A DNA stretch of 61,791 bases, counting the filler, from Bipalium vagum (lineage: Eukaryota): NCBI GenBank assembly GCA_037834085.1. It is 3 parts of 3 records of this genome, joined end to end, with 100 filler letters (N's around TTAATTAATTAA, not from the genome) between each part and the next. Parts side by side here need not be neighbours in the genome. Positions count along the whole stretch, not along the records: positions 25,469 to 44,748 come from JBBMKC010005683.1; positions 44,849 to 61,791 come from JBBMKC010085079.1; 1 more part is not named here. One strand, given 5' to 3'. A model generated the notes under the pieces. It was not told the origin of the DNA. It made no database searches and worked only from the letters and a program-made list of their open reading frames with translations. Made by a program: the position numbers and the translations under genes. Each line of letters begins with the position of its first letter. Position 1 is the first letter of the stretch. Of this stretch, positions 38,890 through 51,899 are shown piece after piece.

Positions 38890-39783
38890 TATTATTAAAC
38901 GAATAAATTATTAATAACTAAAAACATGAATAACTTTTGACTCAACCTGATAGTATTTGTGTCACATGATACCAAAATTTTCTGAACAAGATGTTTACAA
39001 TAAAAGCTTTTGGTAGACTGAATAATTCCAGCATCAAGGGGTTGTGTTTTGGATTTAGTACTTAGTGGTACGAAATATATGGATATATTTTTTAATTCAG
39101 GTTTGACATGGTACGTACAACAATCCATAATTAAAGCGACATATACCTTTTTAATGCATTATGGTATCTAAATTTATTAAGTACTCTCTGAAAATGTTAG
39201 ACGTCATACATGTTTTTTGATTGAATTTATATAGAACAGGTTTAGTATTCCGCATAAAAGAGAGCCAAGCTATAAATGCTTTTCTAGTCAAATTATATTT
39301 TGTTTCCTTTATTCTTTTGATTGATTTAGATGATCCTTAATTTAAAACTATTATTCACGATTTTCTTTCTGTTATATATTTGTTAGTGTTGAAGGTTTTT
39401 TAAAAAAATTTATCTGAAATTAATTTATAAATTCTTTCGCTTTTTCCCTTCAGTATCTTCAATATGTTCAACATATTTTATTACTTCGAACTTTCACTCT
39501 ATTGTTATTTCGTTTCTTGTTTTCTTTTTATTGATTTAAAGTTGTAACAAATTTCGAATTAGTAAAATAGTATTAAAACAAATTAAATTCATACCACACG
39601 AATCACTTTTTATATAATATTTTGATTTATAAAAATTTTTAATTCATGTTAGACAAATATTCACATTTAGTAAACTCATAATAGACGAAAATTTTAATGA
39701 AAACAAAGTATTGATTAAATTCGGAACATTGAAGTTAGACAATTTTCCATATTACACGCATTGATATTAGGTGAACTGCACTG
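38890..39783 (-). mobile_element. Tigger/pogo remnant
   Basis: MDCCTYH...KTQPLDAGIIQSTKSFY; TA-CAGTGCAGTTCACCTAATATC TIR at about 39783. Confidence 0.75.
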
Positions 39784-40318
39784 TAAATATATACATATAT
39801 ATATATATCATTTACACAAATGTTTCTATTAGATTTTTTTATTTATATGTTAAATAAAAGGGTATAAAATTAAAATTCAATATATGGAGCGTACACTTAT
39901 TTTAAAGTACATAATATATAATAATAACTATAATAATAATAAGTATTATAATAATTGTTATATTTTTATTATATATAAATAGTATAAGTGATTTCAAAAA
40001 GTTGTGACACTCTAAATGTTACATCAGAAGATTTTTATGTCATTTAATTTTAATGGTAAATTATATTTTGAATTAAAATTTATTATATTTTATAATTATT
40101 TTGATATGAGTAAGAATTTTTATTTTGTTATTTTATATTTTCTTTTTATTACTATTTTTTTTATTAATCTTCGATTGTTTTTTTATGATGATTTTTGTAT
40201 TTAACACCAGATTTAATGCTGACATTAATTTTATAATAACTGATAAGCAAAATGAAAGGCATCACATGAACATCATTTTATACATGGATTGTAAGTACTT
40301 TACTTTAAAATATATATA

Positions 40319-41212
40319 CACTCCTTTAATTAAGTCTATTCACCCCCGTTTATTTTATTAAGAAATTTTATTTTCAAAAGATTAAATACACATATACATA
40401 TATTATTAATCAGACAACTTTATTACATATCCGAAATCACTCAAAGTACTAAAATCTTGTTGCCCCACCTCTGGCTTTGACAATAGCAGTCATTCTATCA
40501 GATAATGATTCATATAATCCATTTTCTTCTTGTTACGTACTGCTTTCTCTTATCCGAATTCATTTTGAATATTTTTTCATCAGAGAATAAAATAGAATTC
40601 CATCCATTTCTCACGGGACACGAAATACGCATAGACGCCCATTCTTTACGTCTTAAACTTTGCCTAAAATTGAGAAAAGGTTTTGGTGTTGCAACATATT
40701 GGTTTAGACCAAAATCATTTAAAACTTTACGTACCCATACATAACTAATTTTTCTTCCTGTTTGTCAATAAATTTCAAGGGCAACCACGGTTAAACTTGA
40801 TAGTGGGGACCGTATAGCTAATTTCTTAATCAGCCTTTTATCTCTGATAGAAAACTGTTTGGGTCGACCAATTCTTTGAGCATCATACACGTTACCACGA
40901 CTACTAAATTTTTGAACAATTTTTTGACAACTACGCTTGGTCACATTGCAATTAAATTCCCTCTTCATCCTTAATATTACTTCGGCCCCTTTTTAAAACT
41001 GATTTTGAAAGTGCAACAATTGACATTCTTTCTTCTTTCGTTAAAAATTTTACCATTATAAAATTCTGTTTTCGAAATTGTCCATTTTTAATTTAATATT
41101 GATGCATTTAAACATCGCTTACATTATATTAACATAAATGTATTAAAATCTATGTATATTATCATTTATATCATTCAATTAAGTGAGGTGAACAGACTTA
41201 ATTAAAGGAGTA
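40319..41212 (-). mobile_element. Tc1 element with TIRs, internally deleted
   Basis: TIRs ACTCCTTTAATTAAGTCT(A/G)TTCACC in a TA context; N-terminal GRPKQFSIRDKRLIK and ILFSDE motifs. Confidence 0.88.
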
Positions 41213-44200
41213 TATATATATATTCATTTACTGTATTATTGTTGTTTTTTGTTTTCAATTGAGTATTTTATAAGTTTTGCTTTTAATTTATCTACTTTTC
41301 TAAAAGATAATAATAATAATAATAATAATAATTATTATTATCACAATAATTTCATACAAAAACGAATAGCACATTTTTTTCATTAATCAAAATCAATTAA
41401 ATAATAAAAGTTTATAAGTTCTCTTCACACTATATCATATAAATAATTTTAAATTAAAATAACCATGAAAATACTCATATTACTAAAGTATGCAATTTCG
41501 TTAAAAATATTAAGATACATTTCACAGATATGTTACTTTAGTATAATAATTGTTCAGCATTTTTAATAATAGCCTGGGTCATTATTCAAGGTCATTGATC
41601 AAAATTATTTTATTAAAACTTAAATGGCTTAGAAATCACCAAGATGATAAATTAATGTAAACTGCAGATCGTTTAATTATCAGTTTCAAAGCGACACTTA
41701 AAATACTTAAGAGAAACAACCTAGGTCTACATATCAATATGAGGCTAGGGTTATTATGTCTTTCAATTTGACTTTTACAAGTTATTATAACACGAAATCA
41801 AAAAGAAACCTGCTTTTTAAAATATATAAATCATTAATAATAAATAATCAATATAAATAGTTCATAAATAAGCGTAATTAATATTTTAATAATGTTTTTT
41901 ATAAATTAGAGAAATACTAAAAACATGTACATAATTCAAATAGTGAATTTTTTAAAATTATTTTAATTTTTAACAAATTATTTAATTGTAGGATTTATTA
42001 TAGTTGAGGTGCCTGAAAAAATTTTGTTTAAATTAACTAAAATCAATTAATTAACATTTAAAATTTAATTTTAAAATACATAAATAATGAGATAATTGGT
42101 GTATTACTATATGAAATTTAATTTTAAAGTATGACAATTTATATATTTCTATCCATATATGATTTGAAGATAATTTTTTTCGATGAAAGCCAGTGTATCA
42201 AATATTTTTAACAGCTCCATAAAATATAATAAAATTTAAGAAATATCAAAAGATGAAATCAAATCAAAATTGTCACTACTGTGTTGTGTTATCATAGAAA
42301 TTAAGTATTACTATAATGGTCTTAGTATTTAATGTACATTAAAGTGCCTTGGTAAAATATAATCCAGTAATAATGTGTTTTAAAATTCAAAAAAATCAAA
42401 TTACACGTTATTATTCAAATGGTAATATCTACAAGTTTAGTTTTAGATAAATTTGAAGTAAAATTTATCGGAAAGGATTGTAGAAAGTTATTGGAGGTTC
42501 GCAGAAATGTTAATTTTTTGATAATTCTTGTCAATGTTATCAAAATATTTTTTCAGATTTTAATCAGTATAATTTTAGAACTTATAAATATAAAGAGAGA
42601 ATTAAAATATATAAAATTGTAAACTTGAGTAGCAAAATATTGAAATGAACGTTTTAATTATTGCACATTTATTTCAAATGGTTTCACACACGTGCTTAAA
42701 AAATAATGGATTGAATTTTGTTGTTATTTTCTTGCAAGGATTTTTATGTCAAATGTTTCAAATTTATAAAATGAGTATAATATATTAAAAAGTAGAATTT
42801 GTAATAAATTATGAATTTTTGAAACCAGAACTCGTTATGAACAAGGTGTAATGTTTGGAAAAAGAAAAGAAAAAATTAATAATAATGATATAAATAAGGA
42901 TGTATAGATGTTTGGTTCATACATCTATTTATTTCTAAATTACCAGTTAGAGTTGCTTGACGTAATTTAATTAAATGTATATGGAAAATTGCTCTATGAA
43001 ATTATTACTTTAAAATGAAAAATCCTTTAACTTATATTTTGGATTTGATTATATGTTTGATGTGGATTACTTAATAACCTTTGAACGCCATTATATTATT
43101 ATTAATCTTGAATATTTTTACATTAAAAACAATTTGGTAAATATCTGACAAAAAATAAAAAAGGCTAAAAAGAAAATTCAATTTTAATTTTGAATGAGAT
43201 AACTACATGTAATCATCTTTAATTTTAAATAAATATAAAACTATAGAATAATAGTCCTTAAATTATTTACAAACGTCAGAAATATAAATGATTAAAATAT
43301 TATTAATATTAAAAAAATATCTGTTAAGATCCTAAGAGGGTGTTTCAGATGATGTTAAAGGTTGGAGCTTAAAATTAACTTAGGTCTCAACGGTTGAAGG
43401 TTGCTTGTGGTTGTGTTCGACAAAATTAATTAAATGAACTGAGAAAACGATTTATGATTAATACTTTTATTGAAATCGAATTTATTATTACAAGTGATTT
43501 ATGAATGAGTGATAACAATTCTGACCGATTTGGATTTTATTAATTAAAGTTAGTATTTATAAAAATCCTCTCGCTCTTAGGCTCAGAGGTCCTCAGTGAA
43601 GAAAAACAAATAAATTTCACCGCCCTACTTAGGGTGTGAAATATGAAAAAAAAGAGACAAAGGTTACAACCTAAGAAAAGGATACTCAAAAAATTATTTG
43701 ATGCTCAGATCCAAGTCTGAGAATTTATTTAATATTATTTACTGCAAACTGTGTCCTGCCTACAGAACACGCTTGGTTAATTATAATGAAAAATAAAATA
43801 AAAATTATTATGAATCGGGACCAGTCTTTCAAATTTTATTTGGAAGCCGGCTTATATTATATTATGTAATATAGAATATTGTATACTTTTAGCAAATGTT
43901 ACTACTCCTACTTATGGTAATAATTAAATATAACTCAAGACCGTTAAAAAATCAAAATTTTTTTAAACTTATTCTAATACTTACTATAATAAAAGGTTTT
44001 AAAATTTAAAATTTTAAACCACAAATAAAATGTAACGTACAAAAGATAACTAATAAAAAAATATATTAACTTTGATGCTTTACAACATCAAGTAAATGAA
44101 ATTAAAAGCTTACTTTTAAGAAAAAAAGTATGTTAGTCTTCTTCTGCAATCTAACTGAACAAATTGAGCAGTTCCCACGGGGCTTGTATAAATTTGCAAA

Positions 44201-44352
44201 TAACGAATATGATCGACTGGATGGGGATAAAATCGTAGGAAATGAGGCACTCCTATTGGCAAGGCGAAGATTCTGACAAACTGCGTGCTTCCTTGAAACG
44301 GCGGGTAGTTTCGGATGAATTGAAGGTTCGCTATGTTGACTGCTGTCTTTTG

Positions 44353-44486
44353 GTAGAATTGTTGATTTGGCTTTTGTTCTTTTTTCTGACGACTAGTAGA
44401 ATTGTTGATTTGGCTTTGGTTCTTTTTACTGACGACTAGTAGAATTGTTGATTTGGCTTTGGTTCTTTTTTACTGACGACTAGTAG
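44353..44486. repeat. 3 x 43-44-bp tandem repeat
   Basis: Units GTAGAATTGTTGATTTGGCTTT(G/T)GTTCTTTTT(T/A)CTGACGACTA start at 44353, 44396 and 44439. Confidence 0.95.
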
Positions 44487-44501
44487 CACTCCTTTTTATA
44501 C
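44472..44501 (-). promoter_or_regulatory. Putative TATA + Inr core promoter of the LTR-like element
   Basis: GTATAAAAAGG about 26 bp upstream of TCAGT on the minus strand. Confidence 0.45.
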
Positions 44502-44748
44502 TAATGCTGCGTTCCCTGATAATTGCTAGATAAACTTGCTCAGAATTGACAGTTTGGGATAATGTCTGCTTTTTAATCGCTAATTGCCGGACTTTAATCG
44601 TTGGTAATGGATAATAATTAGTTGAATTTGGTGATAATAATTGTTGGATCGCTGATAATGGTAGAATTTGGTGATGATAATTATTTGAATTTTAATTGCT
44701 AGTAATAACTTTTAAACTTTACTGCCAGATTCTAAATTGTATCAAATA

Positions 44749-44848
44749 NNNNNNNNNNNNNNNNNNNNNNNNNNNNNNNNNNNNNNNNNNNNTTAATTAA
44801 TTAANNNNNNNNNNNNNNNNNNNNNNNNNNNNNNNNNNNNNNNNNNNN
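44749..44848. other. Assembly gap with artificial linker
   Basis: 44 N + TTAATTAATTAA + 44 N. Confidence 0.97.

Positions 44849-44912
<64 letters not shown>
44849..44912. repeat. (TAT)n microsatellite
   Basis: Pure triplet run at the contig start. Confidence 0.97.
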
Positions 44913-45179
44913 TTATTTACTTCATTGGTTGTAACGAGAAATCTATAAATAATTATAATAAATCTATTATAAATTTTTAATGAAAATAAAATGAGAATCT
45001 AATTGAAAATTGCATTTTTTTGAATATACATAAATGTTGTAAAATATATTAAATTCTTTTGTTCATTCCAACGTTTCGGTAAAAGAAAATTGAGATGAGT
45101 TATTATGATAAAAAAAATATAATTGTGAAACAGGATTTTTTCAATAATTTTGATAATTTCAGATCGAATATTGTGGCAA

Positions 45180-46322
45180 TCAGATTTTCTTGTCCTCAAT
45201 ATTCAGAGTGACCCCTGAGTTCAGAATGGAATCTCTCTTCTTACTGGCCGAGTTATAGTATACTTTAGATTTAGCAACATAGGAAGCCGTATTCATGGAT
45301 ATATCGTAATCTTTACAATGAAACAATTTCAACAATAAAAATCTAAATTGTGCACTGATCAAAAGCAAAGAAAGTGGATTCAAAAACGGATAGAAATAAG
45401 CAATGACTTGGGTTAGTACCATGGCATAATAGTTGCTGTATTTGGAGGAATAGACAACGATACTATGAATTTGTTCTGGCAGTCTACATAAGAGAAAGGT
45501 TACAATAAATCCGATAACAATTTTCGACGACTTTCTCCGTCTATTTATTGATCTCGAAGTAATATTAGCCTGTACCACTTCAGAGCCACCTTGACTTTCC
45601 AGTTTCAGTGCAATTATTAAATAGCAAACGCTCATGATAGAAAAGGGTAATAAAAAGTGAATAGCAAACTTGGTCCACAAAAGGGCTTTTGCCTTGTTCG
45701 AAGTAAATCCCTCCCGATAAAAACAAACATTGAGCTGAACACAAGACTTATTTACTTGAAGGGTTTTTTCCAGAATGTTTGTTTCCGACACAATTGGTAG
45801 CGATATCATTATAGAAACCAACCAAATAGATATTATGACGATTAAAACAAATTTCTTAGAACGCCAGTATGATGATTGATGGCTCAAAGGTAATACGATC
45901 GCAGTAAATCTGAAAATAATAAAAGATTTCTTTCCAATTAATTATCTATACAAATTTAACCTGTCAATTGCCATTACTGTCAAAGTAAAGACACTGCCTC
46001 CAAGAGTTGCATATTTCGTACAAGCTTGAAGCTTGCATATGACAGAACCCCCAAGAAATGTCGACCAAAACAATCTTGGAACATCAATCAAAACATGTCC
46101 AAACAAATAAAGTATGTCAGCTGAAGCTAGGTTAGCTATAAAAAGGTTCGGAATAGTTTTTAAGCTCTTAAATTTCACTATCAGAAACAGTATGAGAAGA
46201 TTGAAAATTAAACCGAAAACAAAGACAAACAATGCCAAAATTACCACTAAATACTGTTTAAAGCCCGTTGAACCTCGATAAAATGTAGGGTTTGTACAGT
46301 TTTTCAATTCAATGATGGCCAT
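45180..46322 (-). CDS. Rhodopsin-class neuropeptide GPCR, bombesin/GRP-CCHamide-endothelin-like, 363 aa
   Basis: Two exons (46322-45961, 45909-45180) with a 51-bp phase-2 intron in DR|F; 7 TM; IPNLFIANLASAD, ICKL, SVFTLTVMAIDRFTAIVLPL, HFLLPFSIMSVCY, NPLSLLLISAQFR. Confidence 0.9.
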
Positions 46323-47719
46323 AGAATTAAAGAGAATTCATGGAAAGTTATGAAAATAAGAAAGATATTCATTGCTTAATAAATATTGGTGGTTAAATTA
46401 AAAAATAAATCAACCAATCGTAAAGCACGTAAAAATGATTATTTTCTGCAATTTATAATACACCTTGAAATGTTACATTACCAAACAGAAATTACAAACA
46501 ATAACTTTTTGTTTTGATGTCTGAAGTATGTCATAATACAAACAAATAATTTAGTGATCACAAATTCATTTTGTTTACTTATAAATATTTTCAGTCACAA
46601 TACACTTCTCCCAGCGCCATTTTCATTCTTCCAAGTAGTATACCTTTCGTAATATGTATGAAGACAGACTAGAATAATCTTGGTACATCAATTGAAAATG
46701 ATATTCATTTATTATTATAAAATATTATTATTGATCAGATTTAATATTACTAAAATTATAATATTATGCAAGTAATGTAGAACTTATGTCCCAAGCTAAT
46801 GTCTTCAATGATTTTCAGTTGATGGATTCAACAGAATTTTGATTGCTTTTAATTTTCTTAAGATTTCACTGAAGTAAAATGGAGGAATAAGAATCTTGAA
46901 AATATAAAAATCAAGATCCATGAATATTTTATATTAATTGAGATTGTTTAATGTAACGAATTTATCACTGGTTCAAGATATTTTGACCAAATATAAACGC
47001 ACAACCATTCCTCAAGCAGAATATTCACCTGAAATAATTTTAGTAATATTATAAAATTTTAATAAGTACTTTATTTAAAGGTTTTATTACAATAAAATCG
47101 CCTGGTATTATATGTCTAAGGATATAAATTTTAGTATATTAATAATTTTACAATGAAATAGAACTTAAATTTTTTAAAAAATAATATAGAATTCTCTTAA
47201 TTTGATAATTAAGCATTGTTTGAATATTCAGATTTGTCATGGCAAAATAAATAAGGGTTAATATTGATAATTGTGGAACAATTCTTAAATTTCTTAAAGA
47301 AAATAACATTTAAATATTAATATTCAGCAAAATCTTTAATATCGTATTAATTTTTTTTCTTGTATTTGATCAAAAATATAACAATATGTAAACCCGTAAA
47401 AATTTTGAATTATAATTACTTTAAGCCAGGTTAGAAATTGACAACCTATAAAAATATGGTAAAAGATTAAAAAATAAATATATATATTCCTAAATTAATG
47501 TACGTAGAATTATTATGATCAATAAAAAGAAAACCATATTCCGACATTATGTTGATCACTGTAGTGAACCAAACTGTATCGAAGTATCTTAGATGATATA
47601 AGTGCATTTAGACAATTGAACATATGAAAATAAAAATCTTCGTCATTTCATCTAAATCTATTCCTAATTCATTACTATATGAATTAAATCTTCTCTCAAA
47701 CTTATTCATTGTGAGAAAT

Positions 47720-48010
47720 AAAAAAGCTAAAACTATAAAAAAAAGTCAAGTGAATGTACAATTTTTAAGAAAATTCGGTTGGAAAAAAGAAACTCATAAT
47801 AGGTTTGTAAAATGGAAAAGTCGATATTTACGAAGAGTTTAATGACTTGAAAGTGGTCAATCATCAATATCCTTCAATGATGAAGTTGGGGCTGTCGTTG
47901 AATCGATAATGGAATGAAATAAGTGAATATCGGCTGAATAGTTAATCGCCTCAATTTATTTATCGAATTGTTTAAAGTGTCTTACACGGGTCTACCTCTT
48001 TTGCTGAGTT
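47720..48010 (+). mobile_element. mariner N-terminal remnant
   Basis: FVKWKSRYLRRV*..KSGQ resembles W..RF..G...L.D..RSGRP. Confidence 0.4.
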
Positions 48011-48439
48011 TTCAAAAATTTAAAAATACTTTATCCGATTTACTGACAAATATTATTAAGGTTTTTATCCTTTTAATATCAAGAAATTAAACCTTTATAA
48101 ATTAGTGCGATACTAAAGCAATATGAATTTGAAGTAAAGGATAAATAAATTATCAAAGGTTCCAAATTTCATATTATTACTTTTCATAAAAATAATAATT
48201 ATTATTATGTTCCAATAATATAATATCATTAATAAAAATATTAATATAGATTGTTTAAATTTTATAAAATGATTTATTTATGGTTAAAGAGATGATCAAA
48301 TGTTCCAAGTTTGATTCTAAAAACATAATCTAATGAATTTAGGATACAGCTAAAAGTTTCTGTAGAAATTATTATGCTATTGAGAAAGTTTGTTTTTCTT
48401 ACATATATTTTAAAACCAGTCAGCCGAAACAAAAGGTTT

Positions 48440-49330
48440 TTTGATTAAAATAAAAACCATTAGCATACATTTTCCACTCGTATGCTATAGAATTGAGTAG
48501 ACCTGAAGGCATAGAAATGTTCAAATTCCCTATTTAGCACCTCTTCATTTTAAAATCTTTTTCCATTTAATTCATTTGTAAATGTTTGAATAAACGGAAA
48601 TCAGTTTGCGAGAGATCAAGTGAGTACAGTAGATGTGGCAGAATTTCATATTTTATTTTTTCAACTTATGGTTTGCTTTTCTATATGCGGATAATCATAG
48701 TCACGTAATTAAATTGTATCTTTTCTATTGTACAAACTTTTCTTGCATAATTTTAATCTCTTGGTAGTATTTTTCGGTCGTTATCTTTTCTCCCTTTTCC
48801 AGGTAATCGTGATGAGTCACTTCTTTTTAACACTTCCATACCGTGACCATTATCTTTTTTTCATGTTGACTCGATTTTGGGAAATAAATGGGACATTCAC
48901 AGATATCTAACCATTGTGTTAGACATTTAATATTGTTATGTGGCAGCCATTTTTTATCACAAGTAATCATACGATGAATTAATTAATCGTTTTTCATCCT
49001 CAAAATGACATCTGATAAAATCTCAGCACTTTATTTTGTTTTTCTATGGTTAGTTCACCACGTGTCCAGCTTCTTTGTCTTATCTATTTCCTTCATATGA
49101 CTAGAAAAAGTTCCAATACTGATATCTAGACTTTTGGTAAGTTTTCTTATTCTTCGCGTATCCTCTACCACTCAAACCTTTAAATCCTTCTTATCATGTT
49201 TGAAAGAAAGTAAAATTCTTTCCGCATCTTCTTGGGATAAATCTCTATTACGGAACTTTTGTTACAAACGTCGTACTGTTGATTGATTTACAATACTATG
49301 GACCCAAAATTCATTAACTTTTCAAGCAGT
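48440..49330 (-). mobile_element. mariner remnant
   Basis: LPHLLYSLDLSQTDFRLFKHL (YSPDLAPSD-like) and a decayed HTH region. Confidence 0.7.
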
Positions 49331-49539
49331 TTCAGCTGCTTTTTCTTCGAAATCGAAACTCATAAAAATATGAACAATTACGGAGATAAAATATTATTTA
49401 TTATGTAAATTTATATAAAGGTATAAAGAAAAAAATATATAAACCATCAAACGAAAATTGAAAAATAATATTTGAATCATTCTTGGCAGGAAATCAATTT
49501 CAACTATTTCAAATATGCTAAATGTCATAGGAACCACAG

Positions 49540-49950
49540 TTCATGAAAAAATCAAGAAATAAAATACTCAAGGAAGTTATGGAAAAAATAAGAGGTGCTT
49601 TAAGGCCAAAAAAATTTTCGGCTGAACAGCAACTGTTAATAAAGAATTGATTGATGACGACTGTTATATCTTTTGAACAATTATTTCTGATAAATGTTTG
49701 TAAGAATTCAATGTAACGGTTTCAAAGACAACAATGTTACATAAGATTTTAATTATACCTTGAAACGAGTGCATAATATTCCAGAAAAAAAGAAATGATG
49801 CATCAAATATACAATCAAAATTTTGCTATGCACAAGAATTTATTAAACTTCCTTCTTAAGTTTCTGAAAGTAACTTAATTTCTATTGTAAGTAATTTTTA
49901 TTGACGAAGTTGGCTTTAATGGAAGAATGAGACTTAAAAGGAAAAAAACC
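49540..49950 (+). mobile_element. IS630/Tc1-like transposase N-terminal fragment
   Basis: VTVSKTT...FNYTLKRVHNIPEKRN...FIDEVGFN. Confidence 0.7.
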
Positions 49951-50299
49951 TATTCAAGTTATCCAATCTTCAAGACACAAAAAATCTGTTTGCTGTTCAA
50001 TGAATAAGGAATCTATATTTTTTATGTTATTCAAACTCGTACTTTTAACGGTGAATTTTCTTTTAAATATATAGAAATTTTCTAACTTTTTTATAATTAA
50101 TAATAATAATAATAAAAATAAAAATAATAATAATAATAATAATATCCTATATTTCATTTGCAAAACCAGTATGTATTATTTTACTAAACAAGAAAATGAT
50201 GAGTGTCGTCACTGCATCTTATCCATTTCAATAGAAAACACTTCAGAAGAGACATCGATTCATGCAAAGTTGAATATGCATATCTAAATATAATTCCCA

Positions 50300-51100
50300 A
50301 AGGAGTGTAAAATATGTAATTCTGATCATTTCTGTCATTTTGGTATACCTAAAAGACTTTATTTTCATTCTCATTAAATTTTGCTCAAATCCATCCCATT
50401 GTAACATTCTGCTAAAATAATTACCAGTGCATTTCAGCAGTTATACATCAAGATGAATGCAAAATGGGACCATTCTAATTTTTCTGTTTATGAATTTTGT
50501 TACAGTACTTAGAATAATAATGCTGCTTCATAATTTCTTTAAGATATCTTAAAACAATTGATCAATCATCAATAATAACTGGAGCTATTCTGTCATGCCA
50601 CCATATGCCACATCACACCATGACGCTTTCAAACCGAGATTCACAACCAAGTCATGGTTTTTTAAAACAAAAATATTAAATTCTCTCATTTTTAAATGCC
50701 TTCCTTGGACTCAACGATCGTTGAAATAAAATGTGCAGGGTAAGTCATCTGTCCATAAAACAGACCCCCATTGTTCAGAATTCTAATCTAAGTGTTCCCT
50801 TACCCAATTTAAATGATTTATCATATGGATAGCACTATCTGAACTGCACGATATGAATCATAACCTTTGCTTACAACTCTTCGTCTCGCTGTCTCCGTTA
50901 AGCATTTTAATATTTTTAATCCATCCTCATCGAGAGGTTCTGTCGCTTTGAATCTCCTCCTTTTCATCTTCAGTATCAAGCTGGCATCTTTCCTTACACT
51001 ATAGTTTTTTGACCTACCAGATTCACTTTCTCTACTACATAATCTTAATTTTTCAAATAAGTTTAATTGAACCACTGAAAAAAGTGTTAAAGCAACTAAA
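50300..51100 (-). mobile_element. Tc1 transposase remnant
   Basis: SGRSKNYSVRKD, SEQWGSVLWTDD, SVMV*CGIWW motifs. Confidence 0.7.
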
Positions 51101-51899
51101 ATATTGTGGATAACTGAAGTATTTTTTATCTTTTAGTGATAAACATGTCGACCATGATTTAACGGTTTCAAGATGATTTTTTTCCAGATGATTTTCATGA
51201 TTTTCAATGAAGATCATGAATTGTCCTCACCTACTCCTTTATCCTAAAAAATCTATAATGTAGATAAATAATATGTAATCATTTGTGTATGTTAATCAAA
51301 TTAAACTTACAACAAAATATCCCATTTAAAAATTATATTTACCAATATATTATTATTTATATTTATTTTACAGTTTAATAAATTGTCATTTGAATATAAT
51401 ACTTATTATTAAAAAGTAACATGAATATAACTAAAAAAACAATTTGTATAATATTTTGATATGTTGACCAAGAATTATTTTTTGTAATTAATTAAATAAT
51501 TTCGAAAATTCATTAGAGCAATATATAATTTTTTATAATATTTAAATCAAAATATAAAAAATAAATTAATATGATACAAAAAATAAATACAAATAAAATT
51601 TATGTTATTTCAGTTGGAATTATGTGTTTTTAATTACGTTTTGTAAACTGTCTTAAGAGTCTAAATGTTATTCTAAAAGAGCGATTATGGTTACCATCTT
51701 CCATTTTTAAATGATAACCTAATAGAATCGATGAATTGACCATTGATTTTTCCAGCCGTTTTAGAATGAATACTTTCCTTACATACCTTCGAAGAAATTG
51801 TAGTCAAAGTGATTGCACGAGGGTTGTTTGTACTGAGAACTTTCCATATTTATAAAATTTTAGTAATTTAATGATTCATCTTGGCATTCATAAGTCTCC

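Larger units (their letters stand above)
43322..44748 (-). mobile_element. Long LTR-like element (copy 3), truncated by gap
   Basis: On the minus strand it ends ...CTTAACA, with AATAAA at 43471-43466, TATAAAAAGG at 44500-44491, TCAGT Inr at 44476-44472 and internal tandem repeats; terminus shared by two other copies. Confidence 0.65.

Noticed and set aside
44353-44486. CRISPR-like or hammerhead-like repeats (CTGACGA core)
   Set aside because: Units are contiguous with no unique spacers, the context is eukaryotic with no cas genes, and CTGACGA is not followed by stem II and GAAA
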